Source: Escherichia coli
GTDB lineage: Bacteria > Pseudomonadota > Gammaproteobacteria > Enterobacterales > Enterobacteriaceae
DNA: 427 nucleotides
Assembly: GCF_003334765.1 (NCBI RefSeq)
Contig: NZ_QOWT01000125.1
Direction: 5' to 3' (one strand)
The position numbers and the translations under genes are program-made. This document shows positions 1-427 of the stretch, one piece after another; position 1 is the first letter of the stretch; each line of letters opens with the position of its first letter. Under the pieces are notes generated by a model. The model did no database searches and was not told the DNA's origin. It saw only the letters and a program-made list of their open reading frames with translations.

Positions 1-427
<427 letters not shown>

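Overview
The whole 427-bp window is an internal fragment of one protein-coding gene on the + strand, with no start or stop codon inside it. Frame 1 (codons at 1-3, 4-6, ...) is open across all 142 codons, while + frames 2 and 3 hit stops within the first 25 nt and the reverse-strand frames I traced are repeatedly interrupted by stops. The translation is [143 protein letters not shown] recognise this as the central part of CitG, triphosphoribosyl-dephospho-CoA synthase, the last gene of the enterobacterial citrate lyase operon citCDEFXG; the nucleotide sequence looks Escherichia/Shigella-like. I see no RNA gene, mobile element, CRISPR array, promoter or terminator. Despite the prompt's suggestion, I find no support in this window for a novel or undescribed system: it is ordinary core-metabolism coding sequence, and the findings below are low-interest observations.
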